From an uncultured Eubacteriales bacterium (GTDB taxonomy: Bacteria; Bacillota; Clostridia; Peptostreptococcales; Anaerovoracaceae): 43,991 bases of DNA. The notes beneath the pieces were generated by a model. The model worked only from the letters and a program-made list of their open reading frames with translations, was not told where the DNA came from and made no database searches. Shown one piece after another: positions 1 through 8,914 of the stretch. The number at the start of each line of letters is the position of its first letter. The first letter of the stretch is position 1. Location of the stretch: the NCBI GenBank assembly GCA_902784035.1, contig CACZTH010000161.1:1-43991 (forward strand). The letters are read 5' to 3'. The translations under genes were made by a program, and so were the position numbers.

Positions 1-498
1 ATCCTGCTGAGAGACACGGGCGCGACCATTTCTCCCTTCAACGCCTTCATCCTCCTGCAGGGCCTGGAGACCCTGTCACTGAGACTGGACCGTCACGCGG
101 AAAATACCAAGAAGGTCATCGAGTACCTGAAGACCCAGCCCCTGGTCGAGAAGATCAACCATCCATCTCTCCCGGAGCATCCGGACCACGCCCTGTATGA
201 GAAGTACTTCCCCAATGGCGGCGCTTCCATCTTCACCTTCAACATTAAGGGCGGCCAGGAGGAAGCCTATACCTTCATCGATCATCTGAAAATCTTCTCC
301 CTGCTGGCCAATGTGGCCGACGTGAAGAGCCTGGTCATCCACCCGGCTACCACGACCCACGCGGAGCTGTCCGATGAGGAGCTGGAAGAGGCTGATATCC
401 ATCAGAATACCATCCGCCTTTCCATCGGCACCGAGACCGCTGAGGACATCATCTGGGATCTGGATCAGGCCTTCCAGGCGGTGAAAGAGACCCTGTAG
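1..498 (+). CDS. metY: O-acetylhomoserine aminocarboxypropyltransferase/sulfhydrylase, 5'-truncated by the window edge
   Basis: Frame 1 reads ILLRDTGATISPFNAFILLQGLETLSLR...FSLLANVADVKSLVIHPATTTH...IRLSIGTE, the typical MetY C-terminal half; TAG at 496-498. Confidence 0.92.
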   Translation: MLLRDTGATISPFNAFILLQGLETLSLRLDRHAENTKKVIEYLKTQPLVEKINHPSLPEHPDHALYEKYFPNGGASIFTFNIKGGQEEAYTFIDHLKIFSLLANVADVKSLVIHPATTTHAELSDEELEEADIHQNTIRLSIGTETAEDIIWDLDQAFQAVKETL

Positions 499-624
499 AG
501 AAGATTCACCCGGCTGTCGGATGGCTGAGGCCCCCCGGGGAAATCCCATCCGGCCCGCCGAAGGGCGGAAACAACGAACGCCTCCTGACGAACGCCTCCT
601 CATGAAACCATCGAGCATATAACG

Positions 625-683
625 GCTGACATGCCTCCTTCCGGCGGACCGCATCCCGCCGGGGGGAGGCATGTCGGCTTTTT
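625..683 (+). terminator. Intrinsic terminator downstream of metY
   Basis: GCTGACATGCCTCCTTCCGGCGG (625-647) pairs with CCGCCGGGGGGAGGCATGTCGGC (656-678), including G-U pairs, followed by TTTTT. Confidence 0.7.
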
Positions 684-761
684 CCGGCCGTGAAAACAGG
701 CGCGGCGGCCGCCCTGCCGAAGGACCTTTGTATAAAAAATACGCTTTCGTGCAAATAACGG

Positions 762-790
762 TTGAAAAAAGTTTCTGTTGGGTGTATAAC
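762..790 (+). promoter_or_regulatory. Sigma-A-like promoter for ilvE
   Basis: TTGAAA (762-767), 17 bp spacer, TATAAC (785-790), in an AT-rich patch upstream of RBS AAGGAG (842-847). Confidence 0.55.
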
Positions 791-857
791 TAAATTCGTT
801 CAAGCAAATTTGGTGCGTGAACCAATATCGGAGATTATTGAAAGGAGCGAGTCAGAA

Positions 858-1886
858 ATGACGAAGAACATCGACTGGGGGAATCTGGGGTTCGGATATA
901 CGGATCTTCCGTACCGGGCCGTCTGTGAGTATAAAAATGGGAAGTGGGGCGAGATGCAGCTCAGCGAGGATCCTTACGTCAGGATCTCTGAGTGCGCTGG
1001 TGTGCTTCAGTACTCCCAGTCCTGTTTCGAGGGCCTGAAGGCATATACCACCCAGGACGGCCGGATCGTTACCTTCCGTCCGGACCTGAACGCGGAGCGG
1101 ATGTACAATTCCTGCAAGCGGCTGGAGATCCCTGCCGTCACGCCGGAGATGTTCATGGAGGCCCTGGACAGAGTGGTGAAGGCCAACATCGAGTACGTGC
1201 CGCCCTTCGGTTCCGGCGCGACCCTGTATGTCCGTCCGTATGTTTTCGGTTCCGGCGCCGTCATCGGCGTTGCTCCCGCTGACGAATATATCTTCCGGAT
1301 GATCTGCATGCCTGTCGGCCCCTACTATAAGGGCGGCGCCAAGCCGATTAAGGTGAAGATTTCTGATTTCGACCGCGCGGCCCCGAGAGGGACCGGCGAT
1401 ATTAAGGCCGGCCTGAACTACGCCATGAGCCTTTATGCCTCTGTCCACGCCCACGCGGAGGGCTACGCCGAGAACATTTATCTGGATCCGGCGACCAGGA
1501 CGAAGATCGAGGAGGCCGGCGGCGCGAACGTCATCTTCGTGACGAAGGACGGCACCGTGGTCACTCCGAAGTCCGATTCCATCCTGCCCTCTGTCACCCG
1601 TCGTTCCATCATGTACGTGGCTGAGCATATCCTGGGCATGAAGACCGAGCAGCGGGAGGTCACCCTGGCCGAGGTTCCGGATTTCGTGGAATGCGGTCTC
1701 TGCGGCACCGCCGCCGTCATCTCCCCTGTGGGCATCATCGACAACCATGGTGAGGACATCGTCTTCCCGAGCGGCATGGAGCATCCGGGTCCCGTCATCC
1801 AGAAGCTCTATGACACCCTGACCGGCATCCAGAGCGGCCGTATCGAGGCGCCGGAGGGTTGGCTCCACGAGATTAAGGCGGACTGA
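858..1886 (+). CDS. ilvE: Branched-chain amino acid aminotransferase (PLP fold IV)
   Basis: IDWGNLGF, YSQSCFEGLKAY, FRPDLNA, LYVRP, KAGLNY (PLP lysine), EEAGGAN, ILPSVTRRS, GTAAVISP. Start placed at ATG 858 behind AAGGAG. Confidence 0.95.
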   Translation: MTKNIDWGNLGFGYTDLPYRAVCEYKNGKWGEMQLSEDPYVRISECAGVLQYSQSCFEGLKAYTTQDGRIVTFRPDLNAERMYNSCKRLEIPAVTPEMFMEALDRVVKANIEYVPPFGSGATLYVRPYVFGSGAVIGVAPADEYIFRMICMPVGPYYKGGAKPIKVKISDFDRAAPRGTGDIKAGLNYAMSLYASVHAHAEGYAENIYLDPATRTKIEEAGGANVIFVTKDGTVVTPKSDSILPSVTRRSIMYVAEHILGMKTEQREVTLAEVPDFVECGLCGTAAVISPVGIIDNHGEDIVFPSGMEHPGPVIQKLYDTLTGIQSGRIEAPEGWLHEIKAD

Positions 1887-1890
1887 CCCT

Positions 1891-2403
1891 GTGATGGAGC
1901 CTGTCCGGCTCACCCACATGATCGACCCCGTCTACGATGAGGATTCAGAGTTCCTGCTCCTGGGCAGCTTCCCCTCTGTGAAGTCCCGGGAGCAGGAATT
2001 TTTTTACGGTCATCCTCAGAACCGGTTCTGGAAGATCATGAGCGCCCTGTTCGGGGAAGACGCGGGGGAGACAAAGGCTTCCCGGAAGGCGTTCCTCCTC
2101 CGTCACCACATCGCGGTCTGGGATGTGATCCAGGCCTGCACCATCACCGGGTCCAGCGACAGCAGCATCCGGGACGTGACGGTCACGGACCTCCGGCCCA
2201 TCCTGGAGAACAGCCGGGTGGGAGACCGGATCTTCGTGAATGGGGGGAAGGCCCATTCCCTGTATATGAAATATACCTATCCCGCGCTGGGGATCCCGGC
2301 GGTTAAGCTGCCCTCTTCCAGCCCGGCCAACGCGGCCTGGTCCCTGGACCGGCTGATCCAGGCCTGGGGAGCGGCCATTCTCCCCGGACTTCGGGAAAGG
2401 TGA
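1891..2403 (+). CDS. DNA-deoxyinosine (hypoxanthine) glycosylase, UDG family 6-like
   Basis: LLLGSFPSVKS...FYGHPQNRFW, WDVI, LPSSSPANA motifs. Confidence 0.88.
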   Translation: MMEPVRLTHMIDPVYDEDSEFLLLGSFPSVKSREQEFFYGHPQNRFWKIMSALFGEDAGETKASRKAFLLRHHIAVWDVIQACTITGSSDSSIRDVTVTDLRPILENSRVGDRIFVNGGKAHSLYMKYTYPALGIPAVKLPSSSPANAAWSLDRLIQAWGAAILPGLRER

Positions 2404-2420
2404 ATCGAAACAGGTCTCTT

Positions 2421-2455
2421 CCGGCGGAATTTCTGAAATTTCCGCCGGTTTTTTT
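2421..2455 (+). terminator. Intrinsic terminator
   Basis: CCGGCGGAA...TTCCGCCGG stem followed by T7. Confidence 0.8.
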
Positions 2456-2525
2456 CGTTCCTGCGGTATAATGAGAAGACGAGTTACTGAGTCGGAAGCA
2501 GGGCGGCGGCCGGAAGGAGGACGTT

Positions 2526-3830
2526 ATGGCCCAGTGTGTAGTGATCGCGGACGACCTGACGGGAGGGAATTCTACAGGCGTCCTGATGACGAAGATGAAT
2601 TACAGCGCTTTCACGGTGCTGAACCCCGGGGCCATCGAACCCGGGGAGGTGGAGCGGTGCGACTGCGTGATTCAGCCCACCGACAGCCGGGGGATCTCCC
2701 CGGAGGAGGCCTATGACCGGGTCTTCCGGGCCACCCGGCGCCTGATGGGGGAGGGGGTGAAGGTCTACGCCCACCGGATCGACAGCACCCTCCGGGGGAA
2801 CCTGGGCGCTGAGACGGACGCCATGCTGGACTGCCTGGGAGAGGACTATGTGGCCATCTGCGCCCCCTGCTTCCCGCAGACCGGCAGGATCGTCAGCGGC
2901 GGTTATCTTTTGGTCGACGGGATCCCCCTTCATAAGACCAGCATCGCCATCGACCCGAAATCCCCTGTGGAAACCTCAGAGGTGGCGGCGGTGGTGCGGG
3001 CCCAGACGAAATACCCGGTCTGCGTCATCACCATGAATGACCTGATGCACGGCAAGCATTACCTGGCCAACATCATCCGGGCCCGGGTTCAGGAGGGGAA
3101 CCGGATCATCTGCCTGGACTGCGTGACCCAGGAGGACGTGGACCTGATCGCTGACGCCGTGATCACCAGCGGGCTGAAGACCATCTGCGTGGACCCGGGC
3201 GTTTTCACGGCCACCCTGTCCCGGAAGCTGATCACGCCCTCCCACCAGGTGGAGAAGAGCCGGATCCTGGCGGTGGTGGGCAGCGTCCATCCCATGGCGA
3301 AGGAACAGATGGAAGAGCTGTGGCTGTCCTCCCAGAAGACCCATAATGTTTTCGTAAACACGAAGGAGCTTCTGGAGAGCGAAGAGCGTCGGCAGGCGGA
3401 GGTCCTCCGGGTCTCCGACGAGATCCTGTCGGTCAGCGACCTCTACCTGGTCTCCACGGTCACCGGCGACGGCATCTATCCGGAGAACCGGATCGATTTC
3501 CGTCCCTACCTGGCGCAGGGGAAGACCCTGGACCAGGTCACCGGCATCATCAACAAGTCCTTCGGGGAGATCGCCCTCCGCGTCTTCCAGGGAGATCCCT
3601 CGTTTAAGGCCCTGTATACCAGCGGCGGCGACATCACCGTGTCCGTCTGCGAGGCCTTCGGGACCTCCGGCCTCCAGCTGAAGGACGAGGTCCTGCCCCT
3701 GGCCGCCTTCGGGGAATTTCAGGGCGGCCCCTACCAGGGGACCTATATTGTGACAAAGGGCGGCAGCCAGGGGGCGGCCGGCGCCATCAACCGCTGCATC
3801 ACCTACCTGAAGGAGAAGCTGCACATCTGA
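2526..3830 (+). CDS. Four-carbon acid sugar kinase (DUF1537; DtnK/DenK-like)
   Basis: [27 protein letters not shown] and VTKGGS motifs; adjacent to pdxA; RBS AAGGAGG. Confidence 0.9.
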   Translation: MAQCVVIADDLTGGNSTGVLMTKMNYSAFTVLNPGAIEPGEVERCDCVIQPTDSRGISPEEAYDRVFRATRRLMGEGVKVYAHRIDSTLRGNLGAETDAMLDCLGEDYVAICAPCFPQTGRIVSGGYLLVDGIPLHKTSIAIDPKSPVETSEVAAVVRAQTKYPVCVITMNDLMHGKHYLANIIRARVQEGNRIICLDCVTQEDVDLIADAVITSGLKTICVDPGVFTATLSRKLITPSHQVEKSRILAVVGSVHPMAKEQMEELWLSSQKTHNVFVNTKELLESEERRQAEVLRVSDEILSVSDLYLVSTVTGDGIYPENRIDFRPYLAQGKTLDQVTGIINKSFGEIALRVFQGDPSFKALYTSGGDITVSVCEAFGTSGLQLKDEVLPLAAFGEFQGGPYQGTYIVTKGGSQGAAGAINRCITYLKEKLHI

Positions 3831-3862
3831 TCTGTGCGGGAAGAGGAGAAAGGAAAAGAACC

Positions 3863-4861
3863 ATGAGAAAGCCATTGATCGCCATCCCCAGCGGAGATCC
3901 CGCGGGCGTAGGTCCTGAAATCGTCGTGAAGGCCCTGGCGGATCCGAAGGTCCAGGAGACGGCCGACGCCATCGTCATCGGTGATAAACGGATCTTCGAG
4001 AACGCTGTGAAGATCACCGGCGTCCCCCTCACCGTGAAGGTGGTGGAAGAGCCGGAAGAGGGGGATTACACCCCCGGAATCCTGAACCTGATCGACCTGG
4101 ACAACATCGATCCTGAGAAGTTCCAGTTCGGCGTGGTCCAGGCCATGTGCGGCCAGGCGGCCTATGATTACATCGCGAAGAGCATCGAGATTACACTGGC
4201 CGGCAAGGCCGACGCGGTGGCGACCCCGCCTATTAATAAGGAGGCCCTTCACGCCGCCGGCGTCAACTATATCGGTCACACGGAGATCTTCGGGGCCCTG
4301 ACCCATACGGAGGATCCCCTGACCATGTTCGAGACCAACGGGCTCCGGGTCTTCTTCCTGACCCGTCACCTGTCCATGCGGGACATGCTGGACCAGATTA
4401 AGAAGGACCGGATCATCGACTATGTTCACCGCTGCACAGACGCGCTGAGGAAGCTGGGCGTAGAGGGCGGCACCATGGCGGTGGCAGGCCTCAATCCCCA
4501 TTCCGGCGAGCACGGTCTCTTCGGCTGGGAGGAAGTGAATGAGATCGCGCCGGCCGTGGAGCAGCTGCAGAAGGAAGGCTATGACGTGAAGGGGCCGGTC
4601 CCGGCGGATTCCGTCTTCCATCAGGCGGCCATGGGAAAGTATAATTCCGTCCTTTCCCTCTACCATGATCAGGGCCATATCGCGACGAAGACCCTGGATT
4701 TCGAGAAGACCATCTCGATCACGAACGGCATGCCCATCCTCCGGACCTCCGTGGACCACGGCACCGCCTTCGACATCGCGGGCAAAAACATCGTCAGCAG
4801 TGTCAGCATGGTAGAAGCCATCCTGCTGGCGGCGAAGTACGCCCCCTTCTTCACCCGGTAG
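3863..4861 (+). CDS. pdxA: PdxA-family dehydrogenase (PdxA2-type, D-threonate/erythronate-4-phosphate or 4-hydroxythreonine-4-phosphate)
   Basis: [27 protein letters not shown] and [14 protein letters not shown] motifs. Confidence 0.93.
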   Translation: MRKPLIAIPSGDPAGVGPEIVVKALADPKVQETADAIVIGDKRIFENAVKITGVPLTVKVVEEPEEGDYTPGILNLIDLDNIDPEKFQFGVVQAMCGQAAYDYIAKSIEITLAGKADAVATPPINKEALHAAGVNYIGHTEIFGALTHTEDPLTMFETNGLRVFFLTRHLSMRDMLDQIKKDRIIDYVHRCTDALRKLGVEGGTMAVAGLNPHSGEHGLFGWEEVNEIAPAVEQLQKEGYDVKGPVPADSVFHQAAMGKYNSVLSLYHDQGHIATKTLDFEKTISITNGMPILRTSVDHGTAFDIAGKNIVSSVSMVEAILLAAKYAPFFTR

Positions 4862-4884
4862 AGACATGGACAGAGGAGAATTGA

Positions 4885-5517
4885 ATGGATAAGAAAAGCT
4901 TATTGCTGTACGCGATCACAGACAGCCGCTGGCTGAAGGAGAAGACCCTGGCGGAGCAGACGGAGGAAGTCCTTCGGTCCGGCGCCACCTTCCTCCAGCT
5001 CCGGGAGAAGGACGCGGATGACGAGACGCTGAAGGAGGAAGCGCTCGCCCTGAAGGCCGTGGCGGCGAAATATCATGTGCCCTTCGTTCTGGACGATAAT
5101 GTCCGGGTGGCGAAGGCCGTGGACGCGGACGGGGTCCATGTGGGCCAGTCCGATATGGCCTATGAAGAGGCCCGGGAGATCCTGGGCCCGGATAAGATCA
5201 TCGGCATCTCCGCCGGGAATCTGGAGGAGGCGGTGGCCGCGGAGAAGGCCGGCGCGGATTATATCGGCGTCGGGGCCATGTTCAACACCGACACGAAGGC
5301 CGTGGACGGGACGGTCCCCTTCGAGGTTCTGAAGGAGATCGTCGACACGGTCTCCATCCCGGTGGTGGCCATCGGCGGCATCAATCCGGAGAATGCCCGG
5401 GAACTGGCCGGTATGGGCCTGGATGGGATCTGCGTGATCTCCGCCATCTACGGTTCTGAGGACCCGGCGGCGGCCACGAGGGCCCTGCGGGCGGCGGCGG
5501 AGGACGTGGTCAAGTGA
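4885..5517 (+). CDS. thiE: Thiamine-phosphate synthase
   Basis: LYAITD, QLREK, DGVHVGQSD, ADYIGVG and PVVAIGGI motifs. Confidence 0.93.
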   Translation: MDKKSLLLYAITDSRWLKEKTLAEQTEEVLRSGATFLQLREKDADDETLKEEALALKAVAAKYHVPFVLDDNVRVAKAVDADGVHVGQSDMAYEEAREILGPDKIIGISAGNLEEAVAAEKAGADYIGVGAMFNTDTKAVDGTVPFEVLKEIVDTVSIPVVAIGGINPENARELAGMGLDGICVISAIYGSEDPAAATRALRAAAEDVVK

Positions 5518-6083
5518 TCAGACTGCATATCTTCGACGTGGACGGCACCCTGCTGGACTCCATGCCCTTATGGGAGAATTTAGGACGAAACTATCTGAAG
5601 GCCCATGGGGGGACGATCCCCGGGGACCTGGACGAGCGGCTGGAGACCCTGACCATCGACGAGTCGGCCAGGTGGTTCCACGAGGAACTGGGCATCCGGG
5701 AGACGCCGGCCCAGATCCAGCGGGGCTTTCTGGACATGATCCGGAAGGGCTATGAGGAGGAAGTCCCGGCCATGCCGGGGGCGGAGGCCAGACTGAAGAT
5801 GGCCGCGGCTTCCGGCGCGCCCCTGGTCGTGCTTTCGACCTCGGACGAGGGGCTGATTAAGGCCGCCTTCAAGCGGCTGGGCTTCCTGAAATATTTCAGC
5901 CAGATCTATACCTCCGGCCGGCTTGGCCTGGGGAAAGACGGGCCCGGCATCTTCCGGGCGGTCTGCGACCTGGAGGACGTGGAGCCGGCGGAGGCCATGG
6001 TCTACGAGGACTCGGATTTCGCCATCCGGGCCGCCCGGGAGGCGGGCTGCCAGGTGACGGTCATCGGGCAGGCGGAGGGCTGA
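5514..6083 (+). CDS. HAD-family phosphatase
   Basis: FDVDGTLLDS (motif I) and YEDS (motif IV); GTG start overlaps the thiE stop. Confidence 0.85.
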   Translation: MIRLHIFDVDGTLLDSMPLWENLGRNYLKAHGGTIPGDLDERLETLTIDESARWFHEELGIRETPAQIQRGFLDMIRKGYEEEVPAMPGAEARLKMAAASGAPLVVLSTSDEGLIKAAFKRLGFLKYFSQIYTSGRLGLGKDGPGIFRAVCDLEDVEPAEAMVYEDSDFAIRAAREAGCQVTVIGQAEG

Positions 6084-6212
6084 GGCCGGTCGGGCGGAAG
6101 ACCGCCCGTCAAGTTGAAATTTGTTTAATATCATCAATTATCACGAAGCGGCAGATTGGGGGCACCACCTTCTGCCGCTATAGAAAATCATGCGTTTTTT
6201 CGGAGGGTAATC

Positions 6213-7010
6213 ATGAAAAAGAAAACCGCATTGACGATCGCGGGGAGCGATTCCTGCGGAGGCGCCGGGATCCAGGCTGATCTGAAGACCATGACCGTGA
6301 ACGGCGTTTACGCCATGAGCGCGGTCACGGCCCTGACTGCCCAGAACACGACCGGCGTAACGGACATCATGGAGGTGACGCCCGGCTTCCTCGCGGAGGA
6401 GCTGGACGCCGTGTTCACGGATATCTATCCGGACGCCGTGAAGATCGGCATGGTCTCCTCCAGCGGCCTGATCCGCTGCATCGCGGAGAAGCTGAAGCAG
6501 TACCGGGCCAGGAACATCGTAGTGGACCCGGTCATGGTATCCACCAGCGGGTCCAGGCTGATTTCAGAGGACGCGGTGGCGACCCTTTGTTCGGAGCTTC
6601 TCCCCATGGCGGACATCATCACGCCTAATATCCCGGAGACGGAGGTCCTGGCGGGCCGGAAGGTCAAGTCGAGCGAGGATATGATTGACGCCGCGGGTTC
6701 CATCTATGAGAAGTACGGCTGCGCGGTTCTCTGCAAGGGGGGCCACCAGCTGAACGACGCGAACGACCTGCTCTACGACGGGCAGGGCCCCCGCTGGTTC
6801 TATGGGAAGCGGATCGACAATCCCAATACCCACGGGACGGGCTGCACCCTGTCCAGCGCCATCGCCTCCAACCTGGCGAAGGGGATGCCTCTGGACCAGG
6901 CGGTAGAGAAGGGGAAGGTCTTCATCTCCGGCGCCCTGAACGCCATGCTGGACCTGGGGAAGGGATCCGGGCCCATGGATCACGCTTTCGCCGTGAAGGG
7001 GGAGTACTGA
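6213..7010 (+). CDS. thiD: Hydroxymethylpyrimidine/phosphomethylpyrimidine kinase
   Basis: LTIAGSDSCGGAGIQADLKT, TAQNT, DPVM and THGTGCTLSSAI motifs; ATG 6213 behind GGAGG. Confidence 0.94.
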   Translation: MKKKTALTIAGSDSCGGAGIQADLKTMTVNGVYAMSAVTALTAQNTTGVTDIMEVTPGFLAEELDAVFTDIYPDAVKIGMVSSSGLIRCIAEKLKQYRARNIVVDPVMVSTSGSRLISEDAVATLCSELLPMADIITPNIPETEVLAGRKVKSSEDMIDAAGSIYEKYGCAVLCKGGHQLNDANDLLYDGQGPRWFYGKRIDNPNTHGTGCTLSSAIASNLAKGMPLDQAVEKGKVFISGALNAMLDLGKGSGPMDHAFAVKGEY

Positions 7011-8206
7011 TGGAGGAAAGAAAAACATCAGTATTCGAGAATGGCCTGATCTGGTTCGGGGCAGGGGTCTCCATCGCGGAGATCCTTACCGGGACCTATA
7101 TCGGGGGCCTGGGGTTCCGGAAGGGGTTCCTGGCCATCCTGCTCGGCCACGTGATCGGCTGTGTCCTTCTCTTCTTCGCGGGCTATATCGGGGCCCAGGC
7201 GAGAAAGAGCGCCATGGAGACCACGAAGATGAGCTTCGGGTCGAAGGGCGGCCTCTGGTTCGCGGCCATGAACATCCTGCAGCTGGTGGGCTGGACGGCC
7301 ATCATGATCTATGACGGCGCCCTGACGGCCAACGCCATTTTCAAAACGGGCCACTGGCTCTGGGCCCTGGTCATCGGCGGTCTGATCCTGGTCTGGATCC
7401 TGATCGGGATCACCAACCTGGGGAAGATTAATACCATCACGATGGCGGCGCTCTTCATCCTCTCCATCGTTCTCTGCGTGGTCATATTCCGTGGACGGGG
7501 AACGGCAGCCGGCGGCGACCCCATCAGCTTCGGGGCGGCCGTGGAGCTGGCTGTGTCCATGCCCCTGTCCTGGATGCCGCTGATCAGTGACTATACGAGG
7601 ACGGCGGAGAAGCCGTTCGCCGCCACCATGGTCAGCACGGTCAGCTACGGCCTGGTCAGCACCTGGATGTTCATGATCGGCATGGGGGCCGCCATCTTCG
7701 CCGGCACCACGGATCTGGCCTCCATCATGCTGAAGGCGGGCCTGGGCGTGGCCGGCCTCCTGATCATCATCCTGTCCACGGTGACCACCACCTTCCTGGA
7801 CGCTTATTCCGCCGGTATCTCCTGCGAGTCCATCTCGCGGAAGATCGACGGGAAGAAGGCGGCTCTGCTTATCACCGTGGCCGGCACAGTCCTGGCCATC
7901 TTCCTGCCCATGGACGACATCACGAACTTTCTCTACCTGATCGGATCGGTCTTCGCGCCCATGATCGCCATTCTGATCGCCGACTACTTCCTCCTGAAGA
8001 AGGACCGGAGCGGCCAGGCCTTCAGCTGGGTGAGCCTGGCCGTCTGGCTGATCGGATTCATCCTTTACCGCCTCCTTCTGAAGGTAGACCTGCCCTGCGG
8101 CAGCACCTTCCCGGACATGGTCCTGACCATGGCCCTGGCCTGGATCGCGGGAAAGATATCGGATGTGAATCCGCCTGAAGCGGCGGAGAAGCGCGGACGC
8201 TCATAA
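7010..8206 (+). CDS. cytX: Putative hydroxymethylpyrimidine transporter (NCS1/CytX family)
   Basis: Multi-TM protein with NGLIWFGAGVSIAEI, QLVGWTAIMI, MPLSWMPLISDY and STVTTTFLDAYSAG; coupled to thiD. Confidence 0.85.
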   Translation: MEERKTSVFENGLIWFGAGVSIAEILTGTYIGGLGFRKGFLAILLGHVIGCVLLFFAGYIGAQARKSAMETTKMSFGSKGGLWFAAMNILQLVGWTAIMIYDGALTANAIFKTGHWLWALVIGGLILVWILIGITNLGKINTITMAALFILSIVLCVVIFRGRGTAAGGDPISFGAAVELAVSMPLSWMPLISDYTRTAEKPFAATMVSTVSYGLVSTWMFMIGMGAAIFAGTTDLASIMLKAGLGVAGLLIIILSTVTTTFLDAYSAGISCESISRKIDGKKAALLITVAGTVLAIFLPMDDITNFLYLIGSVFAPMIAILIADYFLLKKDRSGQAFSWVSLAVWLIGFILYRLLLKVDLPCGSTFPDMVLTMALAWIAGKISDVNPPEAAEKRGRS

Positions 8207-8216
8207 GGAGACAGAC

Positions 8217-8914
8217 ATGGCTGGCTTGATCACCTTTCAGCATGTATGGAAGACCTATCAGATGGGGGATGTCGAGATCCACGCCCTGCGTGACGTGAGC
8301 TTCCAGGCGGAGGAGGGGGAGCTCTGCGTGATCCTCGGCGCTTCCGGAGCGGGGAAGACCACGCTTCTGAACCTGCTGGGCGGCATGGACCGGCCCTCGC
8401 GGGGGCAGATCTTTCTGGAGGACTGGGAGGTGTCCGCGCTGACGGAGAAGGAGCTGATCCAGTACCGGCGGCGGGAGGTGGGCTTCGTTTTCCAGTTCTA
8501 CAACCTGATGCCCAACCTGACGGCGGAGGAAAATGTGGAGATCGCGGCCATGCTGAGCCCAGACGCCATGGACCCCTGGGAGGCTCTGGCCCAGGTCGGC
8601 CTCGGGGACCGGCTGGAAAATTTTCCTGCCCAGCTGTCCGGCGGCGAGCAGCAGCGGGTGGCCATCGCCCGGGCCGTGGCCAAGCGGCCCCGGCTCCTGC
8701 TCTGCGATGAGCCCACCGGCGCGCTGGACGCGGCCACCGGCCAGACGGTCCTGAAGCTCCTGGCGGCCGCCGGCCGGGGGTCACGACCTTCCTCATCACC
8801 CATAACCAGGCCATCGCCCCCATGGCCGACCGGGTCATCCGGATCCGGTCCGGGGAGATCGTGGGCAATGACCGGAATCCGGATCCCGTCCCGGCGGAGG
8901 AGATCGAATGGTGA
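8217..8914 (+). pseudogene. ABC transporter ATP-binding protein (LolD/MacB-like), frameshifted near 8776-8780
   Basis: [17 protein letters not shown] and LLCDEPTG are in the first frame. The H-loop and C-terminus (VTTFLITHN...MADRVI...EEIEW*) continue in the -1 frame from 8780 to TGA 8912-8914. Confidence 0.8.

Noticed and set aside
516-554. Hammerhead- or TPP-like motif (CTGAGG...GAAA within a stem)
   Set aside because: The core does not fit CUGAnGA, stem II is poor, and the other TPP elements are absent.
2427-2441. CodY-box-like sequence (GAATTTCTGAAATTT), with a similar one near 25268-25282
   Set aside because: Each has three mismatches to AATTTTCWGAAAATT, and the first is explained by the terminator hairpin.
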